DNA of 64,000 bases from Antedon mediterranea (taxonomy: Eukaryota > Animalia > Echinodermata): positions 62,001 through 126,000 of the forward strand of contig NC_092675.1 in NCBI RefSeq assembly GCF_964355755.1, written 5' to 3'. This document shows positions 1-13,975 of the stretch, in pieces. Numbering within the stretch: position 1 is the first letter of the stretch; each line of letters starts with the position of its first letter. The position numbers and the translations under genes were made by a program. A model generated the notes under the pieces. It was not told the origin of the DNA, ran no database searches, and was given only the letters and a program-made list of their open reading frames with translations.

Positions 1-76
1 ATCTTATCTCTAAATACACATTTGATGTAATTTGTTGTTAATATTGTAATGATATTATAACATCACTATTTTAGGC

Positions 77-312
77 AAATACAAGTAGAAAACAAACAGA
101 AGTTAGGGTTAGGGTTAGGTTATATCCTAACCCTAACCCTAACCCAAATACAAGTAGGAAACAAACAGAAGTTAGGGTTAGGGTTAGGTTATACACTAAC
201 CCTAACCCTAACCCAAATACAAGTAGAAAACAAACAGAAGTTAGGGTTAGGGTTAGGTTATACACTAACCCTAACCCTAACCCAAATACAAGTAGAAAAC
301 AAACAGAAGTTA
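77..312. repeat. 69-bp tandem repeat (~3.4 copies), each unit with head-to-head telomere-like TTAGGG/CCCTAA tracts
   Basis: The unit aaatacaagtagaaaacaaacagaag-ttagggttagggttaggtt-atacac-taaccctaaccctaaccc starts at 77, 146, 215 and 284. Confidence 0.95.
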
Positions 313-1569
313 ATAGGCCTACAACTGTAGTGTAAAAAAGATAATGAGGGGAGAAGACCAAAGACATTTGAAAGTAACAAGCAATGCTATAAAAATATAT
401 AAAATGATATTCAATGAGAATGACAGTAATACAAAGATAGTAGAGATTGATTATTAGGAATTAAACTGTCAATAAATCTATCAGTTTGATTAAGATAGTA
501 CTAGTGAATGCAATAACGTCGGCCTTGCTAAACAACATTGGTAGAATAATCACCGTCTTATTATATCAGTATATATCCTCTCACCAGGTGATTTGGGTTT
601 TGCTCTGTAGAATCTTTCCACAATGTTACAAACTGAGTTTGTCTAAACGAAATTAAAATAGTTTATTTGGTTCTAATTGATTGTAAATGCAAAATACAAG
701 CATGTGTATGTTGTCGAGATATACTATGTGATTTGAGCCTTTTTTGTATACAGCCTTGTTTAATAGTCCATTTGAAAAACAGTTAGTAATCCAAGATTCA
801 TTACACATTACCGCACATTCACTGAGTTGTGTCTTAATGATAATTCGATGTGATATATAATCCTCTACAGGCTTAGTACATCTCATAACACGTGGACATC
901 CGATCACAATTCTAAAAAAAATACGCATAATAAAAACGTGTTTTGAACCTTTGAACCGTCTATATAACGTCTAGTACATTTTCCTACTAATTACCTCTGT
1001 ATATATTATTTAATTGAAATGAAAGGTATACAATAGATTGATCATACTGTTGGGAATTACTCAATTTCAAAAGCTATTTGTGCATTTTAGTCAATTGTGT
1101 TCTTTCCTTTGAAAAAAAAGATTAATCAATATATGCCTGTCTTTATGTTCAAGTCCAAGGGCGACTTGTCGCGAATGAGCACAAAAAGGCGCAATATGAA
1201 TGTTTGTCATATTGTAGTCTGCGTTCATCAAATGAATGTATGCATTATAGATGAAAATTATACTAGGTAAATAATGAACTAAACTATCATCTTAAGTCAA
1301 TAACAGCTTTAATAGACAGAAAAATATTTTTTTATTTTCATCGATTTTTTTTTTTAAATAAAATGTTTGAAATTGCAGCTGGACCCAAATGTAAGGAGAT
1401 CGTGATGGCAGACAATGGTTATACGATAACATTATATTATAAAACGATACTGCACTCGCAAACAACTTGTGTGTATGTTTAATATGGAATACATGTTTAA
1501 CTATTAACATGTTGGTATTAACCAGTCACACCTCATTTAATTATAGGCCTAACTTATATTAGTCTAGTA

Positions 1570-1750
1570 TACTAAACTAACTGCGGGAAATAAGGACTGA
1601 CTCCCGGTGGCCCACATATTCCATAAGAGAGCCAACACCTTTGCTACCAGAAGCTTTCTAATCACGAGAAAAACCCCTTGGCTGAGACACGATTTGATCC
1701 AGGAACTTTGGATTGGGAGGGAAGCAGTAAACCCCCCAAGCTACTGCAGC
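1570..1750 (-). mobile_element. possible decayed tRNA-derived SINE
   Basis: The minus strand reads gctgcagTAGCTTGGGGGGT...ccaaagttcctGGATCAAATCG, resembling Pol III A and B boxes at tRNA-like spacing. The match is degenerate. Confidence 0.35.
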
Positions 1751-1772
1751 TCAACTCTAACTTGTAGGATTG

Positions 1773-2382
1773 ACATGACTCAACCCCTTGCCTATTTTAA
1801 GTAACATTTTAGGTACATTGTCAACTGGGTTAGTTTGTTGGTCTAGCGGTTGGTCACTTACATTGGTCAATTAACATGACTCAACCCCTTGCCTATTTTA
1901 AGTAACATTTTAGGTACATTGTCAACTGGGTTAGTTTGTTAGTCTAGCGGTTGGTCACTTACATTGGTCAATTAACATGACTCAACCCCTTGCCTATTTT
2001 AAGTAACATTTTAAGTACATTGTCAACTGGGTTAGTTTGTTGGTCTAGCGGTTGGTCACTTACATTGGTCAATTAACATGACTCAACCCCTTGCCTATTT
2101 TAAGTAACATTTTAAGTACATTGTCAACTGGGTTAGTTTGTTGGTCTAGCGGTTGGTCACTTATATTGGTCAATTAACATGACTCAACCCCTTGCCTATT
2201 TTAAGTAACATTTTAAGTACATTGTCAACTGGGTTAGTTTGTTGGTCTAGCGGTTGGTCACTTACATTGGTCAATTAACATGACTCAACCCCTTGCCTAT
2301 TTTAAGTAACATTTTAAGTACATTGTCAACTGGGTTAGTTTGTTGGTCTAGCGGTTGGTCACTTACATTGGTCAATTAACAT
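1773..2382. repeat. 101-bp tandem repeat, ~6 near-identical copies
   Basis: acatgactcaaccccttgcc... starts at 1773, 1874, 1975 and onward. Confidence 0.97.
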
Positions 2383-5300
2383 GTTTTGCTTGTTTATCTG
2401 GCTTGCTTTATCTAGAAAAAGCTCATTTCTCCCGTGAATATTCATACTCTCCAATTCATGTTGTAAAATGTGTAATACAATTGATATCGGCATAGTGCTT
2501 CTTTTTAAAATGTCATAACAATTTCTTGTAGGGGAATATGTGTTATGGGCAATCAAGTATAACAATCCATAACCTGGTTGGTTTAATGAGCAGACAATTG
2601 TAGGATATTCAACTTGCGAACATAATTGTGTTTTTCTCTAACATACCGTTTGCCAACAACCTGCGACCACTGTAGTAAACGTCCACCCACATGAGTTCGG
2701 TCGTCTCCAGCCGATCAGTCACAGACAACTGGTGAGAAAAAACATATATCAACATCATTTCTGTTTTGTTATGTTGTGTGAGGCTATTCTAATTTATTGT
2801 CTACTTCAAACAATAGTTTTTTCACAAAATTTGCATCTCTATAACCTCTTTTATATTTTTCCAGTGTAATGACTTATTAGCGTTGATTGAAACAGGTTCC
2901 ACTTGTATATTCACAACACATTAAACACTTACTGGCAAGATTTTAACTTATTGAAATACTTTGGAGTGGTGTTGCTGAATTAGCGCTGCACTATCAAACT
3001 AATTAAGTATAAGCTTTGGGTTCGTGGACTCTAAGAGCTCTTGTGGATCATTTTACTATTTCACTTAATAATTTCAGCCAACAATCTCTGTAACGTACAC
3101 ACTATAGTCTAAAATTGCTTTCTTTTTCCGTTTCGATTAATATATTATAGGAAAGATTTAATTTATTTTGAAATGTTCCGTGTTTATAGTATAATCACCT
3201 TTATCACATTAAGTGAAGTCAATAGACTATAGTCGATGATTATTCAATTAAACTTTACTTATCCTCAGACCTAGATCAACTTGTTGTTCTTACCTGGAAT
3301 CGTACACAACCAAAATTTCAACAATAATCACATTTATTATGTACAGGACAATTTGAAAAAGTGTATTATATTTATTTGTTTTAATGATTGCAATCGTCAC
3401 ATCTGGAGAGAGAGAGAATACAAGATATAACATAAGCATATTGTTATTAAACTCCCGCAATTTAATCTGTGCATTTAGTCCCTATAATGTTTTCCTTGTT
3501 ACAGACGATGTTTCTACCTGAATCAATGATTCGGGCGGAGCTCTCCGCCAGGTATAGGACTATATGTGTTGCATCTATTCCATTTCAAATAAGATTCTGC
3601 CAGTTCCATTAAAAACGAGTTTGGACTCAATGTTTAATTATAAAAGTGTACAAATAGCTCGGAATTCGCATGAATAGAATGTGATATAAATTGGAAAAGC
3701 ATTTTAATATTATTTATGAGTTCTATAATGCTAATCGTCACCATACATTGCCTATAGGGGAATAGTAAACGTGAAATATGTTTTCTAATGTGACTGAATT
3801 TTAGGTTTGAATCGGCAAGGTTAGCTACAGTGATAATAAAGTGTTAAGTATAGTTGTAAATTGGCAAGGATCACGGATTCTCATTAACAACTGATGTTGA
3901 ATATAATAAAGATAAATTAAATAACATCACTCTGATACTCACCGCATACTGCGTATCATGTGATCTTTTATTCCACTTACGCACCGTACCGCATGTGATA
4001 CAAACGAGATGACGTTTTACCAAATTATTATTCATGATAGGCCTATACTAGGAACAGTGTTTTTAGTGTACAAAGAAAAGTCGAGAATGGTAGTCCATGT
4101 GAGTGCAATTCTTAATTATTTTTAAAACATTAACTTTTAATGTATAATTTATTGTAGTTCTGGTAAATTTTCTTTAATAGATATTTCCCGTTTTTAAAAG
4201 AGACAAAATGATTAGTAGACTATTGTGTAATATAGATCCATATTTCCTTTTGTTTCTAAAAGTAAGTACGCAATGCATTTACAATATCATTATAATGATG
4301 ATAGTTATTTCAGACTGTTGAAATTGTCAATATGATTTCAAATGGAAGGCTTTCGATTAATGAGTGTTTATTTTAAAACCATTCATGCAATATTATTAGA
4401 ATGAAATTGGTCTTATGCCAATTGGCGATGCTGCGACATTCGAGTTCAAGTTCATTTTACCAGATGTAGATTTTTATCCAACTGCTGTTTTAAAAGATAA
4501 TTAAGTCACAATGTGTTATAATTTCGTAAAGGCTTAGTCTTAGAACTCTTGTTTCTCATAACAATTCGTCAAGCGAAACAAATGCAACGGGAAATTAAAT
4601 AGGCTAGTTTAACTAAAATCTAAAGTAGTATCAAGTCTACATTTAATTTCCTCCTATTCAACGATTGAATGTATTATTTACACAGATAATCTTGAGACCG
4701 GGTAGCCTATATAACGCGATCATTTTAATTAACCGATCAATTAATATGCGGTACAACTAGAGATATAGAATTTTCAAATTTGCTCGTCATGAATAAAGTT
4801 TATGTGTAGGTTATTACACATATAACCTTTGTCAATAAATAAATTAAATTACTAGATAATATTGAAATGAATCTTTCTCTGTTTTTTTTTTTATGATAAT
4901 TTATCATTCTTAACATGTTTACAAGCGTCAAGTTAATAGCTGACTTAATTTATGCTATTTTTTTTTTACAACTTGACAAGGCTAAAACTGAAAATTTTCC
5001 AAATTCCCAAATAGAATTTATTTTCATCATCACTGTTATACACACATTATCAGAGAGAATATATAATACTTAGGATACATAGAAAAACAGTATTGACTAA
5101 AAAGCTAGTATTGACTCGGGGTTAGACGATCGAATTCAGAAGATATGCAATCAATAAGCAAGCTTGAGATATGGATTAGCATAATTTCAGACCCTGCAGA
5201 AAATATTTGATGCCGTATACTATACATACAATAATTGACTTTCAATACTATACACTTAGTTATATTATATTGCAGACTACTGAATATTACAGATAAAGTA

Positions 5301-6456
5301 TAACCAGTGTTTATAGTTTAAATTCAATCGATATATTTCTACTTAATTTTACTGTAACTTTATTCATTGAACAACAAGCAACTAAAGGACTCAGACTAAA
5401 CGTCCGAATTTGGGCGTTAATCTACAATGTTATACTCATTTTAGAAATGGACCCACTCTGTGGTCCGTGTAGTGTAGTTGCATATTACAAATATTATTAC
5501 ATACATTGTTTGTAAATGAGATACCATTGACCTACTTAGTGTATTTCAATGTATAGTACTATAATAGTTCAATAACAATAGATATGTAGATAAAGATTGT
5601 TTGAGACCAACAAAATAGGACAGTGAAGCCGGGGCGGATCTGTTATATTTGTCAGTACCCATGAAATGTAACATTACACGTGTTGAATCTTGAAACAAAT
5701 CAAACAAATATTGTTACTAGTTGCCAATCATCTATCAAGTAAGGAAACATAAAGAGATGTACGGAAGCCCGAGGCATGCAATATCACGCTATCACCATAT
5801 AATTGCTACGCTACCGTATATTATATTTATTGGGGCAATTTACATCGTTATTACAATTCGGTTAGATATCTATAGGTACGTGCTGAATCAATAGCGAGTT
5901 TTAATGATCTGGAACGAATCGATGGATAATGATAGGGTTTGGTTATAGGTTAGCTGGTTATCGCCAACATTATCTTATCTGAATCATCACAATAACAAAA
6001 TATATAATAATCATGGTCTTGTTTATTTGCATTACAATAAGTCGCGGTTCTATTTAATTAATACGATGTATTATTTCATACGAACAATGATGAAGTAAGC
6101 CATGATAACTATAAGAAATGATATTAAGATACGCATCTGTTTATAGGCATATTCTTATTGATGAAAGTCATTGTTACAGACATTAGAGTACTAAATACAA
6201 TACGTCTTTCATTTGTTTCCATTCCGTTTGAATTAATACATTATTTATTTAATTATTTTACCATCTTTACTGAAGGTGGCCTAACCTGTTTTTGTAAGGA
6301 TCTGGCCATTATGGGCCGTCGATAAACATACAATTAATACATACAAACATACAATTACAATATGCAAGATAACTAAAAAAGATGATGAAAATATACTTAT
6401 AAAACTCAAAACTAAATACTGGTTAGTAATTCAACGTATTTCAGGCAATTCAATCA

Positions 6457-6685
6457 AAATGTTTCTAGTCCAGTCTCTTTCTGTGGAATACAGAACATCG
6501 TATTAACGGATAAAGTATGGGCCATTTGAAATGTTTCTAGTCCAGTCTCTTTCTGTGAAATACAGAACATCGTATTAACGGATAAAGTATGGGCCATTTG
6601 AAATGGGTTAGGTTCTAGTCCAGTCTCTTTCTGTGGAATACAGAACATAGTATTAACGGATAAAGTATGGGCCATTTGAAATGCT
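6457..6685. repeat. 72-bp tandem repeat, 3 copies
   Basis: aaatgtttctagtccagtctc...gggccatttg at 6457, 6529 and 6601. The third copy has a short ggttagg-like insertion. Confidence 0.93.
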
Positions 6686-6782
6686 TTAGGTTGAAATAGA
6701 TCAACATTTAAAACTTGTTGCTTTATTTTGGAAACATTTTTTAGAAACTATAAATTGTCATTCATGATACTGTGAATACATA

Positions 6783-6850
6783 CCTGGATTTGATTTCAGG
6801 ACCCTGGATTTGATTTCATGACCCTGGATTTGATTTCAGGACCCTGGATT
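6783..6850. repeat. 20-bp minisatellite, ~3.4 copies
   Basis: cctggatttgatttcaggac is repeated. Confidence 0.9.
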
Positions 6851-8111
6851 ATTAAGCAATGTTAAGCTACGTTTACATTCCGTACTTAAACAGTATAATA
6901 AAGCTTACAATTTATTTTAGGGAATTGGTAACTTTATTTTAAAATGCTACATTTATTTAGGCCTACTATTGCAAATGTAACGAAGACATAAAACTGGACA
7001 ATTCGTATAGCCGTTGATTACGTTTGGAATATAATATGCAAATAGCATTACCTTTGTCAAGGAGGATATGTTTTATTACTAGTGTATGTGTTTAAAATAA
7101 ACGATAGAAAAGCGCCATCACATTATTATAATATTTCAAATGTGAAATTCCAAAACAAAATATTGAGTCACGTACATAATATTAAATTCCCGTTATTTAA
7201 TTTGAGAGATCGAGTTTAAATTTGAGTAATAAATCATATTTAGTAATTAAAAGAGTTAGGCCTACCAGTGTGGGGTCTTTAAACTGAGGCATAGAGTACC
7301 TTAATGAGATATTTTTAATTAGAAAAAAAATGAAACTGTGTTGTAGGTTGATGACATGATACAAGATGTTATTATTAAAAAGAGTTGAACCAACCTCCTT
7401 CAAATGTACTTCCTAATATAAACATTGAACAAAATACGATATTAAAACACCCATTGTATGCCGTTTTAGTATAAATACTAATCGCCTCTCGATCGTTCAA
7501 CCTCTCCCACACGACATATATTTCCAATTCTGTTAATTAACATTCTATTATTAAGTTTCTCTTTTTGATTTAATTTGATTTAAGTCGTCTAAAGATTCGT
7601 CGAAACCGATTTAATCATATATGATAATGTTCTATGCGTGGTTGTTGTAGAACATGTTGTGGTTGCTATTAATTTACATAACATGTATTTATTTTGGCAA
7701 AGTTTGATGTTACCTTTGAATTCCTCCATGTTTGAATAGACTTCTTGTTTTCATATTGTCGACTTCTAAGAGGTACAGGATACACTTGATATGTTAAGAC
7801 TAAACTTGCCCCAAGTCTGTTAGTTCATGGAGTATTGTTTACTACATGGTTAGTTATTGTCTTTTACATTCCAGTCGGCGTTTCGATATTTGTATACAGC
7901 TGGAAGTTTTATACGTATGACTATCTATACTAACTATAGCGTAGAGATGTCACATATAAACATTATTATTATTAAATTTACAGTTTTCAGGTAAATATAA
8001 TATTATGTGACCTTAAAATGGTATATTTTTGTTAGGCGGACAATATAGCTTTAAAGATCAACGGCATATTAATTTAATAAAGGCTTACTTTCTGATAGAG
8101 GTGTGTTCAAA

Positions 8112-9582
8112 CAAATAATAAACGTTTGATGGGTAGACTATTTCAAATAATGAACGTTGGATGGGTTGACTATTTAAAATAATGAACGTTGGATGGGTAG
8201 ACTATTTCAAATAATGAACGTTGGATGGGTAGACTATTTCAAATAATGAACGTTGGATGAGTATACTATTTCAAATAATGAACGTTGGATGGGTTAGACT
8301 ATTTCAAATAATGAACGTTGGATGGGTAGACTATTTCAAATAATGAACGTTGGATGGGTAGACTATTTCAAATAATGAACGTTGGATGGGTAGACTATTT
8401 CAAATAATGAACGTTTGATGGGTTAGACTATTTCAAATAATGAACGTTGGATGAGTAGACTATTTCAAATAATGAACGTTGGATGGGTTAGACTATTTCA
8501 AATAATGAACGTTGGATGGGTAGACTATTTCAAATAATGAACGTTGGATGGGTAGACTATTTCAAATAATGAACGTTGGATGGGTAGACTATTTCAAATA
8601 ATGAACGTTGGATGGGTAGACTATTTCAAATAATGAACGTTGGATGGGTAGACTATTTCAAATAATGAACGTTGGATGGGTAGACTATTTCAAATAATGA
8701 ACGTTGGATGGGTAGACTATTTCAAATAATGAACGTTGGATGGGTAGACTATTTCAAATAATGAACGTTGGATGGGTAGACTATTTCAAATAATGAACGT
8801 TGGATGGGTAGACTATTTCAAATAATGAACGTTTGATGGGTAGACTATTTCAAATAATGAACGTTGGATGAGTATACTATTTCAAATAATGAACGTTGGA
8901 TGGGTAGACTATTTCAAATAATGAACGTTGGATGGGTAGACTATTTCAAATAATGAACGTTGGATGGGTAGACTATTTCAAATAATGAACGTTGGATGGG
9001 TAGACTATTTCAAATAATGAACGTTGGATGGGTAGACTATTTCCAATAATGAACGTTGGATGGGTAGACTATTTCAAATAATGAACGTTGGATGGGTAGA
9101 CTATTTCAAATAATGAACGTTGGATGGGTAGACTATTTCAAATAATGAACGTTGGATGGGTAGACTATTTCAAATAATGAACGTTGGATGGGTAGACTAT
9201 TTCAAATAATGAACGTTGGATGGGTAGACTATTTCAAATAATGAACGTTGGATGGGTAGACTATTTCAAATAATGAACGTTGGATGAGTAGACTATTTCC
9301 AATAATGAACGTTGGATGGGTAGACTATTTCAAATAATGAACGTTGGATGGGTAGACTATTTCAAATAATGAACGTTTGATGGGTTAGACTATTTCAAAT
9401 AATGAACGTTGGATGGGTAGACTATTTCAAATAATGAACGTTGGATGGGTAGACTATTTCAAATAATGAACGTTGGATGGGTAGACTATTTCAAATAATG
9501 AACGTTGGATGGGTAGACTATTTCAAATAATGAACGTTGGATGGGTAGACTATTTCAAATAATGAACGTTGGATGGGTAGAA
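8112..9582. repeat. 32-bp minisatellite, ~46 copies
   Basis: caaataatgaacgttggatgggtagactattt repeats head to tail with a few recurring variant units and no spacers. Confidence 0.98.
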
Positions 9583-10044
9583 TATTTTCATTCGCTGATC
9601 GCCTGACTGTCCTATATTTAACAAGGTGTAATAGATCTGTCAATGTTTCAACTTATGAAAACTCAAAAACATTCATTATTTGTATAGAATTACTGTAATA
9701 TACACCAATTTAAATATTATGCGCATGCGTGATGATGTTTCTAGAATGTACTGTAAGCAATAGGTTAGTTTGCTAGGTTGTTAGATGAGTGTACTTTACT
9801 GAATCAAATATATTCACGTTCATTTTTTATATTACATGCACTACCTGTTATAAAGCTGTGATAACATTTAATACTTGATATGCTAATTACAGGCAGTGCC
9901 ATAGTGTTTAATGTTTATTTTTTTATACAATATTGCAACCACATTAATAAAACTCTATGCTAGGCCTCCTACTTGTTTTCAGAAAGTGAACATCATCAAT
10001 ACCCTGGTGCTAAGGGTTATATACACTTCATATATAGATGATAA

Positions 10045-10283
10045 AAGCCTGTTGCATTAACGCGAATTGAACATACATGGAAGTAATGACGCATGCGCAC
10101 ATAAACTGGCATTTATTTGCGTATTTGCTTTGCAAATATTTGCGCGAATTTAACATCATTGAGATCGCTGTACGTTGTTTTTTTTTATGTGGTAATGGAG
10201 TACATAAAAATAATTAATACGCGTGCGCACATAAATAGACATTTGAATCGCGTGAATAATTTCGTCTAGTGGAAACAAGGCTT
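10045..10283. mobile_element. degenerate MITE (PIF/Harbinger-like)
   Basis: Imperfect terminal inverted repeats aagcctgttgcattaacgcgaatt ... aatttcgtctagtggaaacaaggctt with TAA-like flanks. Confidence 0.45.
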
Positions 10284-13200
10284 AATTTCGATGTTCAAAA
10301 GTACCATATTCGATTTCGTTTAATATCATTAATTTTACGACGAAAATTAGCTGGAAAAGCCAGAGCATTGTCGTGTTGTACGGACATCGGAGTACTTTAC
10401 TCTATAGGAAGATCATGTCCTTAATAATATGTATCTCTAACTCTAATGTTAACTATTATAATTAATGAATCCATTACAATTTTGCAAACGATACCTATAT
10501 TGAAAATGTTGTTTAACTATTGTGTCACGACAAATAAAATTAATTATTGCTATAAGAATTGTAAATGTATTAGACACATTCACAAGCGTGTTCAGTGTGA
10601 AGATGCACAATATGATGTTTTGAAACTATTAGGCCTGATGCGGTTTATTCGTATTGCGCTAAAAGTAAGACACCGCATCTAATTACGTAAGCGATAAACG
10701 GCATGCGAACACATCTTTTGTTCTAGTAATTGTTTGAACTAGTTACTATCATCAAGTCATGTGCCGATTAATTTCAAAATGTCATTCACCCTTTATAGCT
10801 GGAATTAGAAAACTATTCCCAGAAGGCTTGTCGCGTGATCATAAACATGATTAACAGACTTACTTTATTAAGTAACGGACTCTTAATATCTTTATTTAAA
10901 TCAAGAATTTTTTTTTAAATTTAAGAGGTTTTTGTATATTTATTTTTTAAGTTTTAGAACGAATTAATTTCCCGCAAATGCAAATATTAAGAACGAGAAA
11001 TGCCTTCATTGGTTTAGTTTACCTCTCTTCCTTTCCCAAATATTAATGTTTTATGGTAAAATCGGGCATGCTAATTCCGGTATATCTCATTTAAATTAAA
11101 ATCTAACTAATATTTCACCTTTATTTTAGAATGAAAATGTCTTCCCTTGTTTCTTAATCCATGCCCTGTTCCATTGTCTTCAAAACATCTTTTAACGATG
11201 ACAATAAAGCGATGTTCTTTGTGAAATTCAACATGTATAATCGGATCGTCTGAGAACGGTATTCTTACTTACATAAGCTACAAGAAATTGCAATACTCAT
11301 TCGGTTAAATAACTATCTATCAATATTCAGAATAGCCGAAGCACACGTCTAAACATAAATTTACAGTGTCCTTAAAATGATTTAAGAAAATTTACTATGC
11401 TAAGCAACCTAATACTTTATCATCAGTTTAAGATATTCGCGATTGAATGCTTCTGTGAGTTTAATTTCCCATTTGATTTGTTAAATTACGCAGCACACTG
11501 TCTTAGGTATATAGGCCATGAGATCAAGTGGTCGAAGGGAACCCTCAGGTTACTCATTAAAATGCATAATTTAATTGGATCGGGAGTTAATTGCTCATGT
11601 GTTTTAAACGGTTATTCACATATATCTTATGTAATATACAACAATTAATGTGAAACATCTGTGTTGCTATAAATAGATTATGTGATAGACGTTATAAAAC
11701 ATGTGTGTTCATTCGTCCTTCTCGATTTCCTTCATTTGTCTGTCCAACTCACTTTTCGTTCTTTCATTCGATCCCCATAATATTTAAAATGTAAATTGAT
11801 GGGTAATAAATGATATAATGAAATGTGTTTGTAATCAATGATTTAACATTCACACCGCCAAGCAGCAATACTAAAAATATTAAAATGTGAAAACGGGAAA
11901 ATGATAGGAGGGTTACAAACTCGATTTGTATATAAGGTGTAATTTGCATGCTATAGAAATGAAATGATACGCTAAAGGCATGCTTTAAAACAAAAAATGT
12001 ATAAATAAAATGGAAAATATTGCATACTGGTTTTATTGTTGATAAGGGGTACAAACTCTTCTGTGTATAAAGGTGTAATGAAGGCACCGCATTATTTTAC
12101 TCTCACTTCAGGGCGTTTAACTTTCAATGTACGTTACATTTTTTTATGTGCAAATGAAAAGACATGTTGTTTTTATCTTAAACCGTAGCCAATGGAGCAA
12201 GGAAGAGAAACCAGCAATCCGTATATACTATTATTACTATCTAAGTTTAATAATAGCTATACTGTCTGAGGTAACATTATAAAGGTATTTATTCCTACTG
12301 AACAGGCCACCAAGGTTAAATATACCGGTAAACTGATAGAAGATCAATGTTCGATTATTGCATTATTATTGTTTGTTTGTTTGTAGATGTTTTTACCACA
12401 TACAACAACATTACAGTCATGCATTTGTATCAATTTTAGAACTAAGACATTAGGCCTAAGGTCTGTATAATGGTGGTCAATTTTTATTTGTTATGGAATT
12501 AAATATTGAAAACGTTATGTTTCACTGTAATACGAAAGGTTAAAATCGATGTATCAGTTGGATTTCAACTTCCTAGAGGTTTATTGGCAAAGCTTCAAGT
12601 ATGATTTACTCTTTGTTGGTTGGTGACACTCACAACCTTTTAATACCCACAAATCATAGTGCTAATTGCCAAATAATTTTGTAAACATATAATTATATAT
12701 TTTGTTTATAGCTTCACTTCATATATACTTAAGCATTTTCAATTAGATGGTAATTAAATAATGATTTAATATGTCATTCTAGGTCGTGAGGATTTGGGGA
12801 ATAGGTAGTAACATAACATATTACACACAACTAAAGCCTAGCTGTATTTGACAGTAATACATGGTTTACCGTGCATTATGAAAGAAAAAAGGGGAAATTG
12901 GGCAAACTAGGAGAGGCCTACACAGGAGTAATATACACCAGGATGGTGTCGTAAACCATAACCTAATCTTCAACAATATTCTATAACTGTCTACATATTA
13001 ATTAGACAAGGTGGCAATATTACATCATACGTAACACAATGCTTAATTACATTAAATACAATCGATAATTACAACACAAAATCTGTTATTGATTCGACAT
13101 TAAAATATCTTTAAACACTTTTATGGCGGAGCTTTCCAAAATGTATTTATTAAGTGCTTGCTAGTTGTGTGAGTCTATTATTAATATTCATTAGTTTTCT

Positions 13201-13399
13201 AGTAACCTGACCTTTATTATAAGAGTGCTATAAACTCTTGTGCTATCTTGTTAGTTCGGTAAGAGGCTTTAGCGATTCGATCAAATGTAGCGAATACTCA
13301 AGAGAATCTATACAGAAGTCAGCCGATTAAACAGAATTAATATTAAATGCAATATCAATCCTTATTTGATTTTCTGGGGTTTTTATAGGCAAGATATCT

Positions 13400-13975
13400 G
13401 ATATTTAACAATTTATATATTCCATTATGATGTTAAAATAAAAATCAAATCACAAAAAAGAAACTTGGGATTTACATAACACAATAAAAATGGCAAAGAT
13501 CAATATACACATATAAAGACAAAAACACATTTACCAATTAGATATCAAAAATATATGGTTGAAGAATTATCTTTAAATTACTAATTAACTGTGTAAAACA
13601 AATAGATGTCTAGCATATGTACACATTTTAAAATGCTGGGAGATGTATGCATTCCAAGGAATATGAAGCAGCCTATACAGTAGAAGCAGACTACGTTTAA
13701 ATACCACCTACAATTAAGAAGGTTTTTATACATAATAACTAAAAGAATATTCTTAAAATAATATTATAATAGATTATACATTTTCTGTCAAGTGTATAAC
13801 AAAATATACGAAAATTAATGAAAAAAGGAGTAATACAGAATTCATATATGTAAAAATGTTACTTATGAACTGTAACGACATTTACAAGTTAAATAATACG
13901 ATTTTATGTAATATGAGATAATATGAATGTGAATAAAAGTGGTGTTTGCGCCACAAAAGAGAGAAAAAAAAAGAT
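13400..13975 (+). mobile_element. decayed dispersed repeat, probably a LINE 3' end; second copy inverted at ~35855-36200
   Basis: gaatgtgaataaaagtggtgtttgcgccacaaaagagaga (~13925-13965) and the upstream gaaaattaatgaaaaaaggag match the reverse complement near 35855-35995. Confidence 0.6.

Noticed and set aside
71-367. 98-aa hydrophobic repeat ORF (LTLTLT/GLGLG)
   Set aside because: It is the translation of the 69-bp telomere-like tandem repeat.
6454-6675. 73-aa repetitive ORF
   Set aside because: A by-product of the 72-bp tandem repeat, whose length is a multiple of 3.
8112-9582. CRISPR-like array (32-bp repeats)
   Set aside because: Units are contiguous with no unique spacers, there are no cas genes, and the context is eukaryotic. 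It is a minisatellite.
10446-12087. Short ORFs in the upstream region as missing RET cadherin exons
   Set aside because: No cadherin-like pattern or convincing phase-compatible splice sites were found by eye. This cannot be fully excluded without RNA data.
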